Virus record (IMG/VR): IMGVR_UViG_3300043754_000009
Coordinates: 1-41,978 of that record
DNA from: a virus
Lineage: Duplodnaviria > Caudoviricetes
DNA: 41,978 nt
Direction: 5' to 3' (one strand)
Below the pieces are notes generated by a model. It was not told the origin of the DNA and did not search any database. It was given only the letters and a program-made list of their open reading frames with translations. The translations under genes were made by a program, and so were the position numbers. This document shows positions 1 through 8,169 of this stretch, one piece after another (the stretch's first letter is position 1; each line of letters starts with the position of its first letter).

Positions 1-127
1 GCTCCCTTCGACGCTCCACGAATCGGGCGCTAGACCCCTGTCTATCCCCGTCATACAGCCCTACCCGAAACCCCAAAGACGCACGGATAGCCGCTAAGTT
101 CTGGTTCAAGGTGGATTTACCCACCCC
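1..127. repeat. Terminal 127-bp direct repeat, identical to 41852-41978 (circular assembly overlap)
   Basis: The two ends are identical, and parA reads in frame across the junction. Confidence 0.95.
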
Positions 128-160
128 TCCCTTCTCCGCCCCAACCATCACTATTCTCAT
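1..160 (-). CDS. parA: 5' end of ParA ATPase (continues across the junction into 41328-41978)
   Basis: ATG at 160 with an AGGAG RBS upstream. It reads MRIVMVGAEKGGVGKST, a deviant Walker A motif. Confidence 0.9.
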   Translation of the reverse strand, partial: MRIVMVGAEKGGVGKSTLNQNLAAIRASLGFRVGLYDGDRQGSSARFVERRRE

Positions 161-169
161 GTCTAACTC

Positions 170-282
170 CTAATCTATAGGGTCATGAACGTTAATACAC
201 GTGAATAGTAGACTATATAAATCAGCCGTGCAAGTACTTTATCGGTGATGATGTATAGCTATACAGACGTAAAGCTATACAC
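170..282. promoter_or_regulatory. parA promoter region and candidate parS-like centromere
   Basis: AT-rich region upstream of parA with palindrome TGTATAGCTATACA (252-265) and a second AGCTATACA (273-281). Type Ib par loci often place the centromere here. Confidence 0.4.
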
Positions 283-285
283 AAA

Positions 286-735
286 TCAGAAAGTGAAGCG
301 ACCGAACAGCACGAGAGCCTGAGCCTGATAGCGGTTGACCTTCGGGACGTACGCGAGTTCCAGCGCCGCACGTTTGTAGCCGACGCCGATGGTCGGGATG
401 GCACCCGGACCCGAGTATTTCGCGTCTTTGATGTAGCCTGCGCGGATGGCGGCGTCAAGGTGGATTCCGTTGCCCAGCTGGTACTCGTAGCGATAGCCAG
501 CATACGCTGCGTAGCCAAGCTGGCTGAGCGAGTCCTTCAGCGCATACCCGCCAACGAACCAGCCATCAGCATGCGGACCCCATTCGAGACCGAGACCGTA
601 GTTAGCCTGATTGTAGTTGTAGTGGGTGTGCGCGTCGAAGTGCCACGCCTTCCCGAACAGGAGAACCGACGTGTCTGCGTGAGCCAGTTGAGCGGCCAGA
701 GCAGCGGCCACGGCGATGATGAGTTTTTTAAGCAT
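286..735 (-). CDS. pagP: PagP-like outer-membrane beta-barrel (lipid A palmitoyltransferase family)
   Basis: Signal peptide (AHA), AWH and LKDS motifs matching the PagP His and Asp-Ser catalytic residues, NYGLGL strand, P-T-I-G-V-G-Y...YVP segment and C-terminal RFTF. Confidence 0.65.
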   Translation of the reverse strand: MLKKLIIAVAAALAAQLAHADTSVLLFGKAWHFDAHTHYNYNQANYGLGLEWGPHADGWFVGGYALKDSLSQLGYAAYAGYRYEYQLGNGIHLDAAIRAGYIKDAKYSGPGAIPTIGVGYKRAALELAYVPKVNRYQAQALVLFGRFTF

Positions 736-797
736 TGCTAAATACCCCGTAGAGTTTTTTTGAGAGAGGGGAGCAATGAACTCCCCCGTTGTTGTTG

Positions 798-992
798 TTA
801 ATATCCGAGCTTCTTCAGTTCTTCGTCACAAATCTTGTCCAGCGCCGGAGCCACGAATTCCCAAATTTTCATGCCTGGATGATGACTTAGAATCACGGCC
901 AACTTCGAGTGCGTTTTCAGGTAGACGCGGGTGTTCAGGTTTTTCATCTCGTCGGCCGGGACGTTATCCCAAGGCAGCACACGTTTCGTCAT
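798..992 (-). CDS. Small putative ribbon-helix-helix DNA-binding protein
   Basis: 64 aa with a GAGGAG RBS. Pattern PW...KNLNTRV followed by two amphipathic helices. Confidence 0.5.
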   Translation of the reverse strand: MTKRVLPWDNVPADEMKNLNTRVYLKTHSKLAVILSHHPGMKIWEFVAPALDKICDEELKKLGY

Positions 993-1030
993 CAGTTCCT
1001 CCTCATGTATTTGCGTACGAAAATATTTTA

Positions 1031-1216
1031 CTACGTACGCAAATCCGTGTGATTGTATTTAGCTATCGAGGTAGATGTGGCGATAGCTTTCAGGTCTGTC
1101 CTCGGCCTATCGACGGGTTTCACAATACGGTCGAGGGCTACATCCCCGGCGAACCAGCTCTCGAACAGGTCCGTCAGCGTCTTGGTCAGCCACTCTTGCC
1201 GTTCCTGCGTAGTCAT
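1031..1216 (-). CDS. Hypothetical protein
   Basis: GGAGG RBS; start overlaps the upstream stop. Confidence 0.6.
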   Translation of the reverse strand: MTTQERQEWLTKTLTDLFESWFAGDVALDRIVKPVDRPRTDLKAIATSTSIAKYNHTDLRT

Positions 1217-1647
1217 CGAGACCTCCTTAACTGGACAGCCGCCACAAACGCGTCAACCTCTTCGTTCGAATACATCGTGCGGAGCGCTGTGGAAATTGGC
1301 ACGAATTCGTTCCAGTCATCGTTTACGCACAGAAAACCACCCTCTGCCACGGACCACTGGAAGTCATCTATTTCTTCGCTCGGCAAGTCCACATCAAACC
1401 GGTAGTAATTGTCGTAGTTCGGGTTCCAGTGATAGTCCGGGTCCAGTGCGCACTCGAAAATGTACTTCGGGTGTGACCAGCTAACATAAAAAAACGACTG
1501 CGACAGGTCTCCACCGGCTCCAATCATTTGAAGGCCCTGCCGTGCGCGTTCTACATCGAACGGCGATGTAGTGATGTCTAGCTCGACCGCTTTTATTAGC
1601 CATTGCGGGGCTGATTCGTAGTGCAGTCCGTCAGATAATTTCTTCAT
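1213..1647 (-). CDS. Hypothetical acidic protein
   Basis: 4-bp overlaps with both neighbours in the leftward operon. Confidence 0.7.
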   Translation of the reverse strand: MKKLSDGLHYESAPQWLIKAVELDITTSPFDVERARQGLQMIGAGGDLSQSFFYVSWSHPKYIFECALDPDYHWNPNYDNYYRFDVDLPSEEIDDFQWSVAEGGFLCVNDDWNEFVPISTALRTMYSNEEVDAFVAAVQLRRSR

Positions 1648-1907
1648 TCCGTCACCCCTCTGACCGTCTCCTTAAGCCATTCGTTGATACGTTGCTCGGC
1701 AATCGCATAGTCTTTCGGGTCTTTCACGCTAAGGATGAAATTCACCGCACTATAGTCAGAGCTGTACGGGTCGGTATGGCAGGTGATTTCCCACCGCACG
1801 CCGGTGATGTTTTCCCTCAGAATTTTCTCGGCGGAGAGTTCGTCAACTTTCTTCTGCATATCGCCCAGTAACTGAAACATCCACTCAGCGGATTGGCCAG
1901 GATTCAT
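1644..1907 (-). CDS. Hypothetical protein
   Basis: ATGA coupling with both neighbours; GAGG RBS. Confidence 0.7.
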   Translation of the reverse strand: MNPGQSAEWMFQLLGDMQKKVDELSAEKILRENITGVRWEITCHTDPYSSDYSAVNFILSVKDPKDYAIAEQRINEWLKETVRGVTE

Positions 1908-2158
1908 CGTTCACCTCTGCGAAATGCGATATAGGCCTCGCGTAATTCCTTGCGGCGCTGGGCGATGGTTTCTTCGGGTACATCCCTCAGCTCTGAAGCG
2001 AAAGAGGGCGTCGGCTCTATCTCGACTTTGCGCACCTTGTCTGAATTAATGACTAGGTCGAGCGATGCTTCGGCTACTCGAGACTTCAAGGCCTTCTCAC
2101 GGGATTCAGTCAGCTCTGCGCGACCGGGCAGAGTTAATTTATTCTTCTCCATTTTCAC
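1904..2158 (-). CDS. Hypothetical protein
   Basis: GAGGAGG RBS; coupled within the operon. Confidence 0.65.
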   Translation of the reverse strand: MKMEKNKLTLPGRAELTESREKALKSRVAEASLDLVINSDKVRKVEIEPTPSFASELRDVPEETIAQRRKELREAYIAFRRGER

Positions 2159-2312
2159 GGGCCTCCTCTACCCGTTTCCAGAATTCAACCACGGCATCAA
2201 GCACCGCCAGGAAAATGAACCCGACGATATCGCCGGTCGCGAAGGCGAGGACCAGAAACAATATCGACAGCGTGTCGCTCCTAGTTGACGGTTTATCTTC
2301 TTTCTGGCTCAT
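2139..2312 (-). CDS. Small membrane protein, 57 aa (not in the ORF track)
   Basis: Manual translation begins MSQKEDKPSTRSDTLSILFLVLAFATGDIVGF. GGAGG RBS and ATGA overlap with the upstream gene. Confidence 0.6.
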   Translation of the reverse strand: MSQKEDKPSTRSDTLSILFLVLAFATGDIVGFIFLAVLDAVVEFWKRVEEARENGEE

Positions 2313-2641
2313 TTCGCCTCCATCGCACGCATAAGGGCTACCGTTGCGTCTGTGACATCCTCGCCGGTGCCTGCGTAGATGCGCCCGAATTGGGCGTGCA
2401 CCTTGAATCCTGCCTCAATCAGACGTTCTTCATTCGCCTGCACGTAGGCTGTCAGTTGTGACGAATACGCCCAAACAGCGGCTGGCAGGTCTTGAAGGTT
2501 GTCTACCGTGAACGTCTGTTTGGTATGCGGGTGATACGCCACCCACACGCCGGTCGGGAACTGGAAGACGTCGGTGAACCGAAAACGCTCCGCACCAGCC
2601 GGAGCGTTGAATTCGATATTCATTGTGACTTCGTTATTCAT
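2309..2641 (-). CDS. Hypothetical protein, first gene of the far-left operon
   Basis: ATG at 2641 with an AAGGA RBS. The longer ORF from 2746 would run through a terminator. Confidence 0.65.
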   Translation of the reverse strand: MNNEVTMNIEFNAPAGAERFRFTDVFQFPTGVWVAYHPHTKQTFTVDNLQDLPAAVWAYSSQLTAYVQANEERLIEAGFKVHAQFGRIYAGTGEDVTDATVALMRAMEAK

Positions 2642-2720
2642 TGTGATTCCTTGTGAAGTAGATATATGTCGTATAGCAACGTGATGCTGCGAATTTAGAC
2701 TTTTCTGAAAAATATTTTCA

Positions 2721-2743
2721 AATAAAAAGCCCCCGAAGGGGCT
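2721..2743 (-). terminator. Rho-independent terminator after ssb
   Basis: AGCCCC/GGGGCT stem followed by a U-tract on the minus strand. Confidence 0.75.
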
Positions 2744-2748
2744 CATGC

Positions 2749-3165
2749 TCAGAACGGGATGTCTGTGTCGTCGTCCAGCGCCTGAGTTTGTGCCACGCGA
2801 GGAGCTGCTACATGCTGGTGGTCGCGAGCACTTGAACCGCTGGATTCGCTAACGCGCGGGCCGAGCTGCACATCATCCACTCGAGCAACGAGATTCGTGT
2901 ACGACTTACCGTCATTGCCTTCGCGCTGCTCGATATGAACTTCCGACAACGTGAAGCAGTGGACGCTTCCCTTCGTCAGATACTGAGCCAACGACTCCGC
3001 GCGCTTGCCCCACAGCGAGGCGTTAATCCACTGCGTCGGCTGATTTCCATCAGCGTCGCGCTTGCCATAGTTCACTGCGAGCGAGAGTCCTGCGACAGCG
3101 TCGCCGCTGGGGGTGAATCGCACTTCAGCATCACGTCCAAGTCGTGCCAATCCGATGAGTTTCAT
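2749..3165 (-). CDS. ssb: Single-stranded DNA-binding protein
   Basis: RLGRDAEVRFT OB-fold start and acidic DDDTDIPF tail. Confidence 0.95.
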   Translation of the reverse strand: MKLIGLARLGRDAEVRFTPSGDAVAGLSLAVNYGKRDADGNQPTQWINASLWGKRAESLAQYLTKGSVHCFTLSEVHIEQREGNDGKSYTNLVARVDDVQLGPRVSESSGSSARDHQHVAAPRVAQTQALDDDTDIPF

Positions 3166-3368
3166 ACTTGAGATTCCTTTGTGTTGTTAACGATTGTTGA
3201 GGCTTCCCACTCTTCGAGTTGGGCAAGCGGGTAGCGCACTGCTGCGCCGAGTTTCTGATACGGTGGACCCTTACCCTGTGCTCGCCAATTGGCGAGCGTT
3301 CCAGTGGTAACGGCACCTCCCCAACGCAGCGACACTTCTGCTGCGCTGAGGAAATTTGACTGTGCCAT
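3162..3368 (-). CDS. AlpA/excisionase-like HTH DNA-binding protein
   Basis: TLANWRAQGKGPPYQKLGAAVRYP motif. Confidence 0.85.
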   Translation of the reverse strand: MAQSNFLSAAEVSLRWGGAVTTGTLANWRAQGKGPPYQKLGAAVRYPLAQLEEWEASTIVNNTKESQV

Positions 3369-3385
3369 TTGTTTAGTGCCTCGTT

Positions 3386-4366
3386 TTAGCTGATGCCGAG
3401 AGCGGCGTTGACATCGTCCGCTGCGGTTTCAGTGCCAGCTGCACGCTGAGCATCGAATGCCGTAGCTGCGCGCTTCAGGTCGTCCGGGCAGCCATTCGTG
3501 CTGATAGCGTCACGCGTTGCCTTCGGGAGCGCGCTCCATGCGGCCTTGAGAGCGTCCATGCCTTGCTCACACACCAGCTGGAGGCTATCGCGGGCGTTTT
3601 TCACCGCGTCATCGACCTGCTTGCCGCCGTCAATCCACTTGCGCAGAGCTTGGCCTTCTGCTGCCGTGAGGTAGCCCTTGGCTGCTTCGCCCGCCACGCC
3701 GAAGATTCCTTGCAGCTCTGCCGGGCACTTGATAACGTCGCGCTCCTTGCCGCCGTTCCACAGCATCAACGAAGCCGTCAGCTCAAACGTGAAATTCTTT
3801 TCCTGGATGGGCAGCACGCCTTGCGGTTCGTATTCCGTCTTGCCGTTGTTTTTGACGAGCTTGACCTTTTCACGGGCACGCATGCAGGCGATGATGTGCA
3901 GCGGGCTCTGGAGGAGGGCGTTCATGAACTTCTTGTGCTCGCGCTTCGCTTCGTTCCAGCGCGGGTTACGCGGAGCCTGACCGTCACGGCCCGGAGCATT
4001 AGCGATGTCCTCGCAGCCACCGATGCCTTCCCATTCGTGAGACACGCTGTCGATAACCAGAACTTCAACGCCAGCATCCACGAAGGCCTGAATCGCTTCG
4101 CTGTAGCGCTGCGGCGAGAACGGAGGCGTCAGGTCGCCAATTAAAAACTTGTGAATCACACCGTGCTCGTCACGCAACGAATCAGCGTACAGACGGCCGC
4201 GACGGTTTTCCGTACAGATAAAGCCGACCTTCTTGCTGTCGTAGTTTGCGATGCCCCATGCGAGATGGAGAGCCGTGAACGTCTTGCCAGCGCCAGAGAT
4301 ACCACCAAGACCCACAACTAGACGAGCGCCTTCGCGTTCTGCTTCTTCGATTTTGAAAATTGCCAT
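3386..4366 (-). CDS. Sak4-like AAA ATPase (ssDNA annealing protein)
   Basis: GISGAGKT Walker A and LVIDSVSHEW Walker B. It lies between an exonuclease gene and ssb. Confidence 0.8.
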   Translation of the reverse strand: MAIFKIEEAEREGARLVVGLGGISGAGKTFTALHLAWGIANYDSKKVGFICTENRRGRLYADSLRDEHGVIHKFLIGDLTPPFSPQRYSEAIQAFVDAGVEVLVIDSVSHEWEGIGGCEDIANAPGRDGQAPRNPRWNEAKREHKKFMNALLQSPLHIIACMRAREKVKLVKNNGKTEYEPQGVLPIQEKNFTFELTASLMLWNGGKERDVIKCPAELQGIFGVAGEAAKGYLTAAEGQALRKWIDGGKQVDDAVKNARDSLQLVCEQGMDALKAAWSALPKATRDAISTNGCPDDLKRAATAFDAQRAAGTETAADDVNAALGIS

Positions 4367-4381
4367 TTGATGCCCCTTAAA

Positions 4382-4540
4382 TTAGTTGATGATTTGATAA
4401 AGTTCGACAGCGATATCGACGAACAGAATGTACGGCAGCAACAGATACGCCGCGTAGACCAGCAGCACGACTACCGTCCACAGAATCAAAACAACGTCAA
4501 TCAACGTGTCGAACATTTTGTCAATCAGTTTAGCTAGCAT
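4382..4540 (-). CDS. Small hydrophobic membrane protein, 52 aa (not in the ORF track)
   Basis: Manual translation MLAKLIDKMFDTLIDVVLILWTVVVLLVYAAYLLLPYILFVDIAVELYQIIN fills the operon gap. Confidence 0.6.
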   Translation of the reverse strand: MLAKLIDKMFDTLIDVVLILWTVVVLLVYAAYLLLPYILFVDIAVELYQIIN

Positions 4541-4561
4541 TTTTATTCACTCAGAGAGTTA

Positions 4562-5542
4562 TCAATCAGCACCGACGAGGTGCTCGTTCTTCTTCATGTG
4601 CCACATGGGGACGCTGATAGTCTGAACAGCATTGCCGTATCCCGGCCATTGGCCTGAGCTCTTGCACTCTGCGTAGACATCTAGCGCCCGACGATACTTC
4701 GCACGACCCAGCGCAACGCTCGCTTCATCGAGCAGATACACGCCGACAGCGTGCGGGTATGCCTTCTCGACTGCGACGAAAACGAAGGCCTTGGCACTGC
4801 TGGGAATATTGAAATCGACTTTATCCGTCTGGTTGAGCGCCAACGTCAGCGTGTCGAGGTAGTACGGGTGCTGCACGTCGTAGCCCCATTTGGCGATGCT
4901 GCGTGCGAAACCTTCCGGGCTTGCATCTTCAGTCGTCTTCAGGTCGCCAACGATGCCATCCATGCGCCACAAGTCAGGGCGGCAGCGACGAATCTCGCCG
5001 GTAATTGGGTCAACCGCATACGCAGAATGCTCTGTAACGTATTTCGAGCCAGTGAGCAGCGAATGAGCAGCAGGGTGGGCCATTACTGCGTCACGCATCG
5101 CGAACAACTGGTCGCGCTCTTCGACGGACAGAATGGTGCGGCCTGCATTCTGAACTGCGTACTCGTGTTTCAGTTCGTCGGCGATTTTCGCGTCCGGACG
5201 GATGGCTTTCAGACGAGCGACCAGCTCAGCCTTCGTGCCGCTGACTTTCTCGCCAGCTTCTTTCAGCGCGGCCTTTAGGTCGTCGGCAGTAACCAGTGCA
5301 TCGTCTGGCAGCTTGAGTTCGAGCACATACGAGTTATCAAATAGCTCAGGTTCGAGCACTAGCATGTGAAATGCGGTGCCGATTTTCATTGCCGCCGTCG
5401 GCTCACGCTCTTCGTGACGTTCGCGCGAGGCCTTCAGATGCATAGGCGTCGTGTTGCTCAGCTGGCACAGCATCGAGTTCGATACGCCTTCGCCGCCGTG
5501 ATATGCGGCGTTAGAGAGGTTTGCGTAGATTCCAGGTTCCAT
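4562..5542 (-). CDS. recE: RecE/exonuclease VIII-like PD-(D/E)XK nuclease with a SAP-like insert
   Basis: YH...SNS, GTAFH, RCRPD...DLKTT and FVFVAVEK motifs. Confidence 0.85.
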   Translation of the reverse strand: MEPGIYANLSNAAYHGGEGVSNSMLCQLSNTTPMHLKASRERHEEREPTAAMKIGTAFHMLVLEPELFDNSYVLELKLPDDALVTADDLKAALKEAGEKVSGTKAELVARLKAIRPDAKIADELKHEYAVQNAGRTILSVEERDQLFAMRDAVMAHPAAHSLLTGSKYVTEHSAYAVDPITGEIRRCRPDLWRMDGIVGDLKTTEDASPEGFARSIAKWGYDVQHPYYLDTLTLALNQTDKVDFNIPSSAKAFVFVAVEKAYPHAVGVYLLDEASVALGRAKYRRALDVYAECKSSGQWPGYGNAVQTISVPMWHMKKNEHLVGAD

Positions 5543-5568
5543 TCTGTCTCCGAATTGATAAGATTACA

Positions 5569-5593
5569 TAGTGTAGCAACTAGTGTAGCAACT
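5569..5593. promoter_or_regulatory. Tandem 12-bp operator-like repeat in the divergent early promoter region
   Basis: TAGTGTAGCAAC occurs twice. The same box recurs in front of other transcription units. Confidence 0.6.
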
Positions 5594-5686
5594 GAGTGAA
5601 GAAACGTGATTTATTTTTTCACGCCGTGATTCGCGATGACGTTTAAAGCTGTTGTCTATACGGTTGACCAACTCTTGACAATTACA

Positions 5687-7093
5687 ATGGCAATCGAACT
5701 TCGGGACTATCAGAACAGCGTCGTAACCCAGACTGGGCAAGCCCTTCGCCGCAGTCGGCGCGTGCTCGTCGTGCTGCCTCCGGGCGGTGGCAAAACCGTC
5801 ATCGCAGCATTCATCGCGCAGGCATTCGCTGCACGCGAACAGACAACATTTTTCAATTGTCATCGACAGGAACTTATCAAACAGACGTCGGGCACGTTCA
5901 CCGATTGCGGGCTAGGGCACTCGTTCATCGCGGCAGGCCAGCCAATGTATGTCAACGCGCGCGTCCAAGTTTGTAGTATTGACACTCTAAAGAATCGGCT
6001 GTCCAAGTTGGAAGAGCCGAAAGTTGTCATTTGGGACGAGTGCCACCACATTGGAGCCGCTGGATGGGCTGCAATTATGGAAGCGTGGCCGAATGCCTAC
6101 CACATCGGCCTGACGGGCACGCCGTGGCGCTTGGACGGCACAGGGCTAGGGAAGTACTTCGATGAGATGGTCATCGGCCCAACGACGGCAGAACTGATTG
6201 AAATGGGCCGCCTCGCACCATATGAAATCTTCGCGCCGAGCACGCCCGATATGAAAGGCGCGCGCAAGAGCATGGGCGACTTCGCTAAGGCCGACGCTGA
6301 GGAGCGGATGCGCGAGCCGAAAATCATCGGCGACATTGTCAATCACTGGAAGAAAAACGCGAACGGGCTCTTGACTGTTGGGTATGGCGTGAACGTGGCG
6401 CACTCGCAGTACATGGCAGACCTTTTCAATCAGAACGGTATCCCGTCCGCACACCTTGACGGCGGTACTGAGAACTCAGAGCGCAAGCGCGTCATCCAGG
6501 CATACGCGAACGGCGAAATCAAAGTGCTGTGGAACGTCGGGCTGTTTGGTGAAGGCTTCGACCTGAGCGCGTGGGCTGGCAAGCCAGTCACGATTGACGC
6601 GGCTATCCTTGCCAACCCAACGACATCGCTGTCCAAATACCTACAGGAATCTATGCGCTGCATGCGTCCTGCAGAAGGCAAGGTCGGCATCATCCTCGAC
6701 CACGCAGGCAACAGCAGCCGCCACGGATTTCCTGACGATGAGCGTGACTGGCAGCTCGAGGACCGTAAAAAAGGCAAGAAGGCCGAATCTGATAACGCTC
6801 CGCCGCCTCCACTGACGTGCGAAGGGTGTTTCCGTCAATGGCGTCGCCCAGCTCCCGCTGTATGTACGTGCGGTAAGAGCCTTCGGGCTGAGGCGCGCGA
6901 GATTGAAGTCGGCGAAGGTGAATTGAAAAAACTCACAGCAGAAGACAAAGCTCGAGTGCGCGCTATACGTAAAAAGGAAGAGGCGGATTGCAAATCTATC
7001 GAGGACTGGGTGAGCCTCGGCCGCGCCCGTGGATATGACTTTCCTTTGCAATGGGCGCAGAAGCGCCACACGCTCCGAACCCATAGACGTTAA
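5687..7093 (+). CDS. Superfamily II DEAD/H-box helicase with C-terminal Zn finger
   Basis: LRDYQ Q-motif, GGGKT, DECHH, TGTP, EGFD, ILDHAGN and C-terminal Cys pairs. Confidence 0.92.
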   Translation: MAIELRDYQNSVVTQTGQALRRSRRVLVVLPPGGGKTVIAAFIAQAFAAREQTTFFNCHRQELIKQTSGTFTDCGLGHSFIAAGQPMYVNARVQVCSIDTLKNRLSKLEEPKVVIWDECHHIGAAGWAAIMEAWPNAYHIGLTGTPWRLDGTGLGKYFDEMVIGPTTAELIEMGRLAPYEIFAPSTPDMKGARKSMGDFAKADAEERMREPKIIGDIVNHWKKNANGLLTVGYGVNVAHSQYMADLFNQNGIPSAHLDGGTENSERKRVIQAYANGEIKVLWNVGLFGEGFDLSAWAGKPVTIDAAILANPTTSLSKYLQESMRCMRPAEGKVGIILDHAGNSSRHGFPDDERDWQLEDRKKGKKAESDNAPPPPLTCEGCFRQWRRPAPAVCTCGKSLRAEAREIEVGEGELKKLTAEDKARVRAIRKKEEADCKSIEDWVSLGRARGYDFPLQWAQKRHTLRTHRR

Positions 7094-7118
7094 CTATCGC
7101 CCCGATAGTAAAATACAA

Positions 7119-7148
7119 TTGACATTCACGAATATGAATACCTACACT
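7119..7148 (+). promoter_or_regulatory. Sigma70-like promoter
   Basis: TTGACA-18 bp-TACACT upstream of the VRR-NUC gene. Confidence 0.55.
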
Positions 7149-7167
7149 TTGAAGAATCGAGTTAACA

Positions 7168-7557
7168 ATGAGTGAGCATCGCATACAGAACGAAATCCGC
7201 AACGCCTTGGCTGGGGAGTGCTTGCTGTTCCGCGCGAACGTAGGCCGGGGCTGGACAGGGGACTGCATCAAGCTGCCGAACGGCGACGTGCTGATTAAGA
7301 ATCCGCGTCCGTTCGACACAGGTCTCCCGCCTGGCTTCGGAGATTTGTTCGGTCTGGTACAGCGCACAATAACAGCTGAGATGGTCGGGCAGACCGTCGG
7401 CGTGTACATCGCAGCAGACGTAAAAACTGCGACGGGCAAGCTGACGGATAAACAAGCTGCCTATCTTAAAGCCGTGAACTCGAACGGCGGTGCGGCGGAC
7501 GTCTGGCGAAGTGTTGGCGATGCGGTTGCTACACTCAAGCGAGCAAGAGGTCAGTGA
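7168..7557 (+). CDS. VRR-NUC nuclease (Holliday junction resolvase-like)
   Basis: SEHRIQNEI, FRANVG, GDL, DVKT...Q motifs. Confidence 0.85.
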   Translation: MSEHRIQNEIRNALAGECLLFRANVGRGWTGDCIKLPNGDVLIKNPRPFDTGLPPGFGDLFGLVQRTITAEMVGQTVGVYIAADVKTATGKLTDKQAAYLKAVNSNGGAADVWRSVGDAVATLKRARGQ

Positions 7558-7895
7558 TGAATGCCGATGAGTTTCTGCGCAAACGCGCACGTATTGCATC
7601 AGAGCACAGCACATCTAGCCGTCGCTATAAGTCGGAGATGGAACGCCTTGTGCGAGATGCCGACGCCGCGCTGGTGGTGATGAACAGAAAAATCATCGGC
7701 TACAGGTTGAAAACGGGCGAGATAGTCTGCGTCAAAGAGCGGTACCGCGACGAAGCCGACGCCCGTGCAGCACTGGCAGACATCGCACGCAGCAATCTCG
7801 AGGGTGCTCGCATCCCAGTGCGCTCGTACTACTGCACGCGTTGCAAAGGTTTTCATGTGACTTCGCAAAGATTTGAAAAGTCACGATACGAATAA
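7554..7895 (+). CDS. Hypothetical protein with a Zn-binding motif
   Basis: C-terminal RSYYCTRCKGFHVTS. Confidence 0.7.
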   Translation: MMNADEFLRKRARIASEHSTSSRRYKSEMERLVRDADAALVVMNRKIIGYRLKTGEIVCVKERYRDEADARAALADIARSNLEGARIPVRSYYCTRCKGFHVTSQRFEKSRYE

Positions 7896-7977
7896 AAACA
7901 GCTGCTACACTATTTGATTCACAAGTGTGAAGGGCTGATGTAGAATTGATAACATTCCTTTTCAGGGGACCAACAAA

Positions 7978-8169
7978 ATGCATGAACGAACTAAAAAACT
8001 GATTGACCTGATGGCTGAGCATCAGCTGAAGGCGGCTGACGTGGCGAAAATCCTCGGTCGCAACGCCAACACCGTGCGTGTCTGGAGATGCTCCAACTCG
8101 CAAATCATCCCCGCTGACGCATTGCGCCTGCTGGAAATGACGCTCTTGCACGGCAAGGACGCAAAATGA
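7978..8169 (+). CDS. Cro-like HTH transcriptional regulator
   Basis: KAADVAKILGRNANTVRVW helix-turn-helix. Upstream promoter TTCACA-17-TAGAAT at 7918-7946. Confidence 0.75.
   Translation: MHERTKKLIDLMAEHQLKAADVAKILGRNANTVRVWRCSNSQIIPADALRLLEMTLLHGKDAK

Noticed and set aside
3162-3368. Excisionase-like gene as proof of an integrase-based lifestyle
   Set aside because: No tyrosine or serine recombinase ORF is recognisable, and this fold is also common in regulators.
7526-7536. GTTGCTACACT inside the VRR-NUC gene as an operator
   Set aside because: It is a core match only, within coding sequence and without the AAAAACA flank or an evident promoter, so it may be chance.
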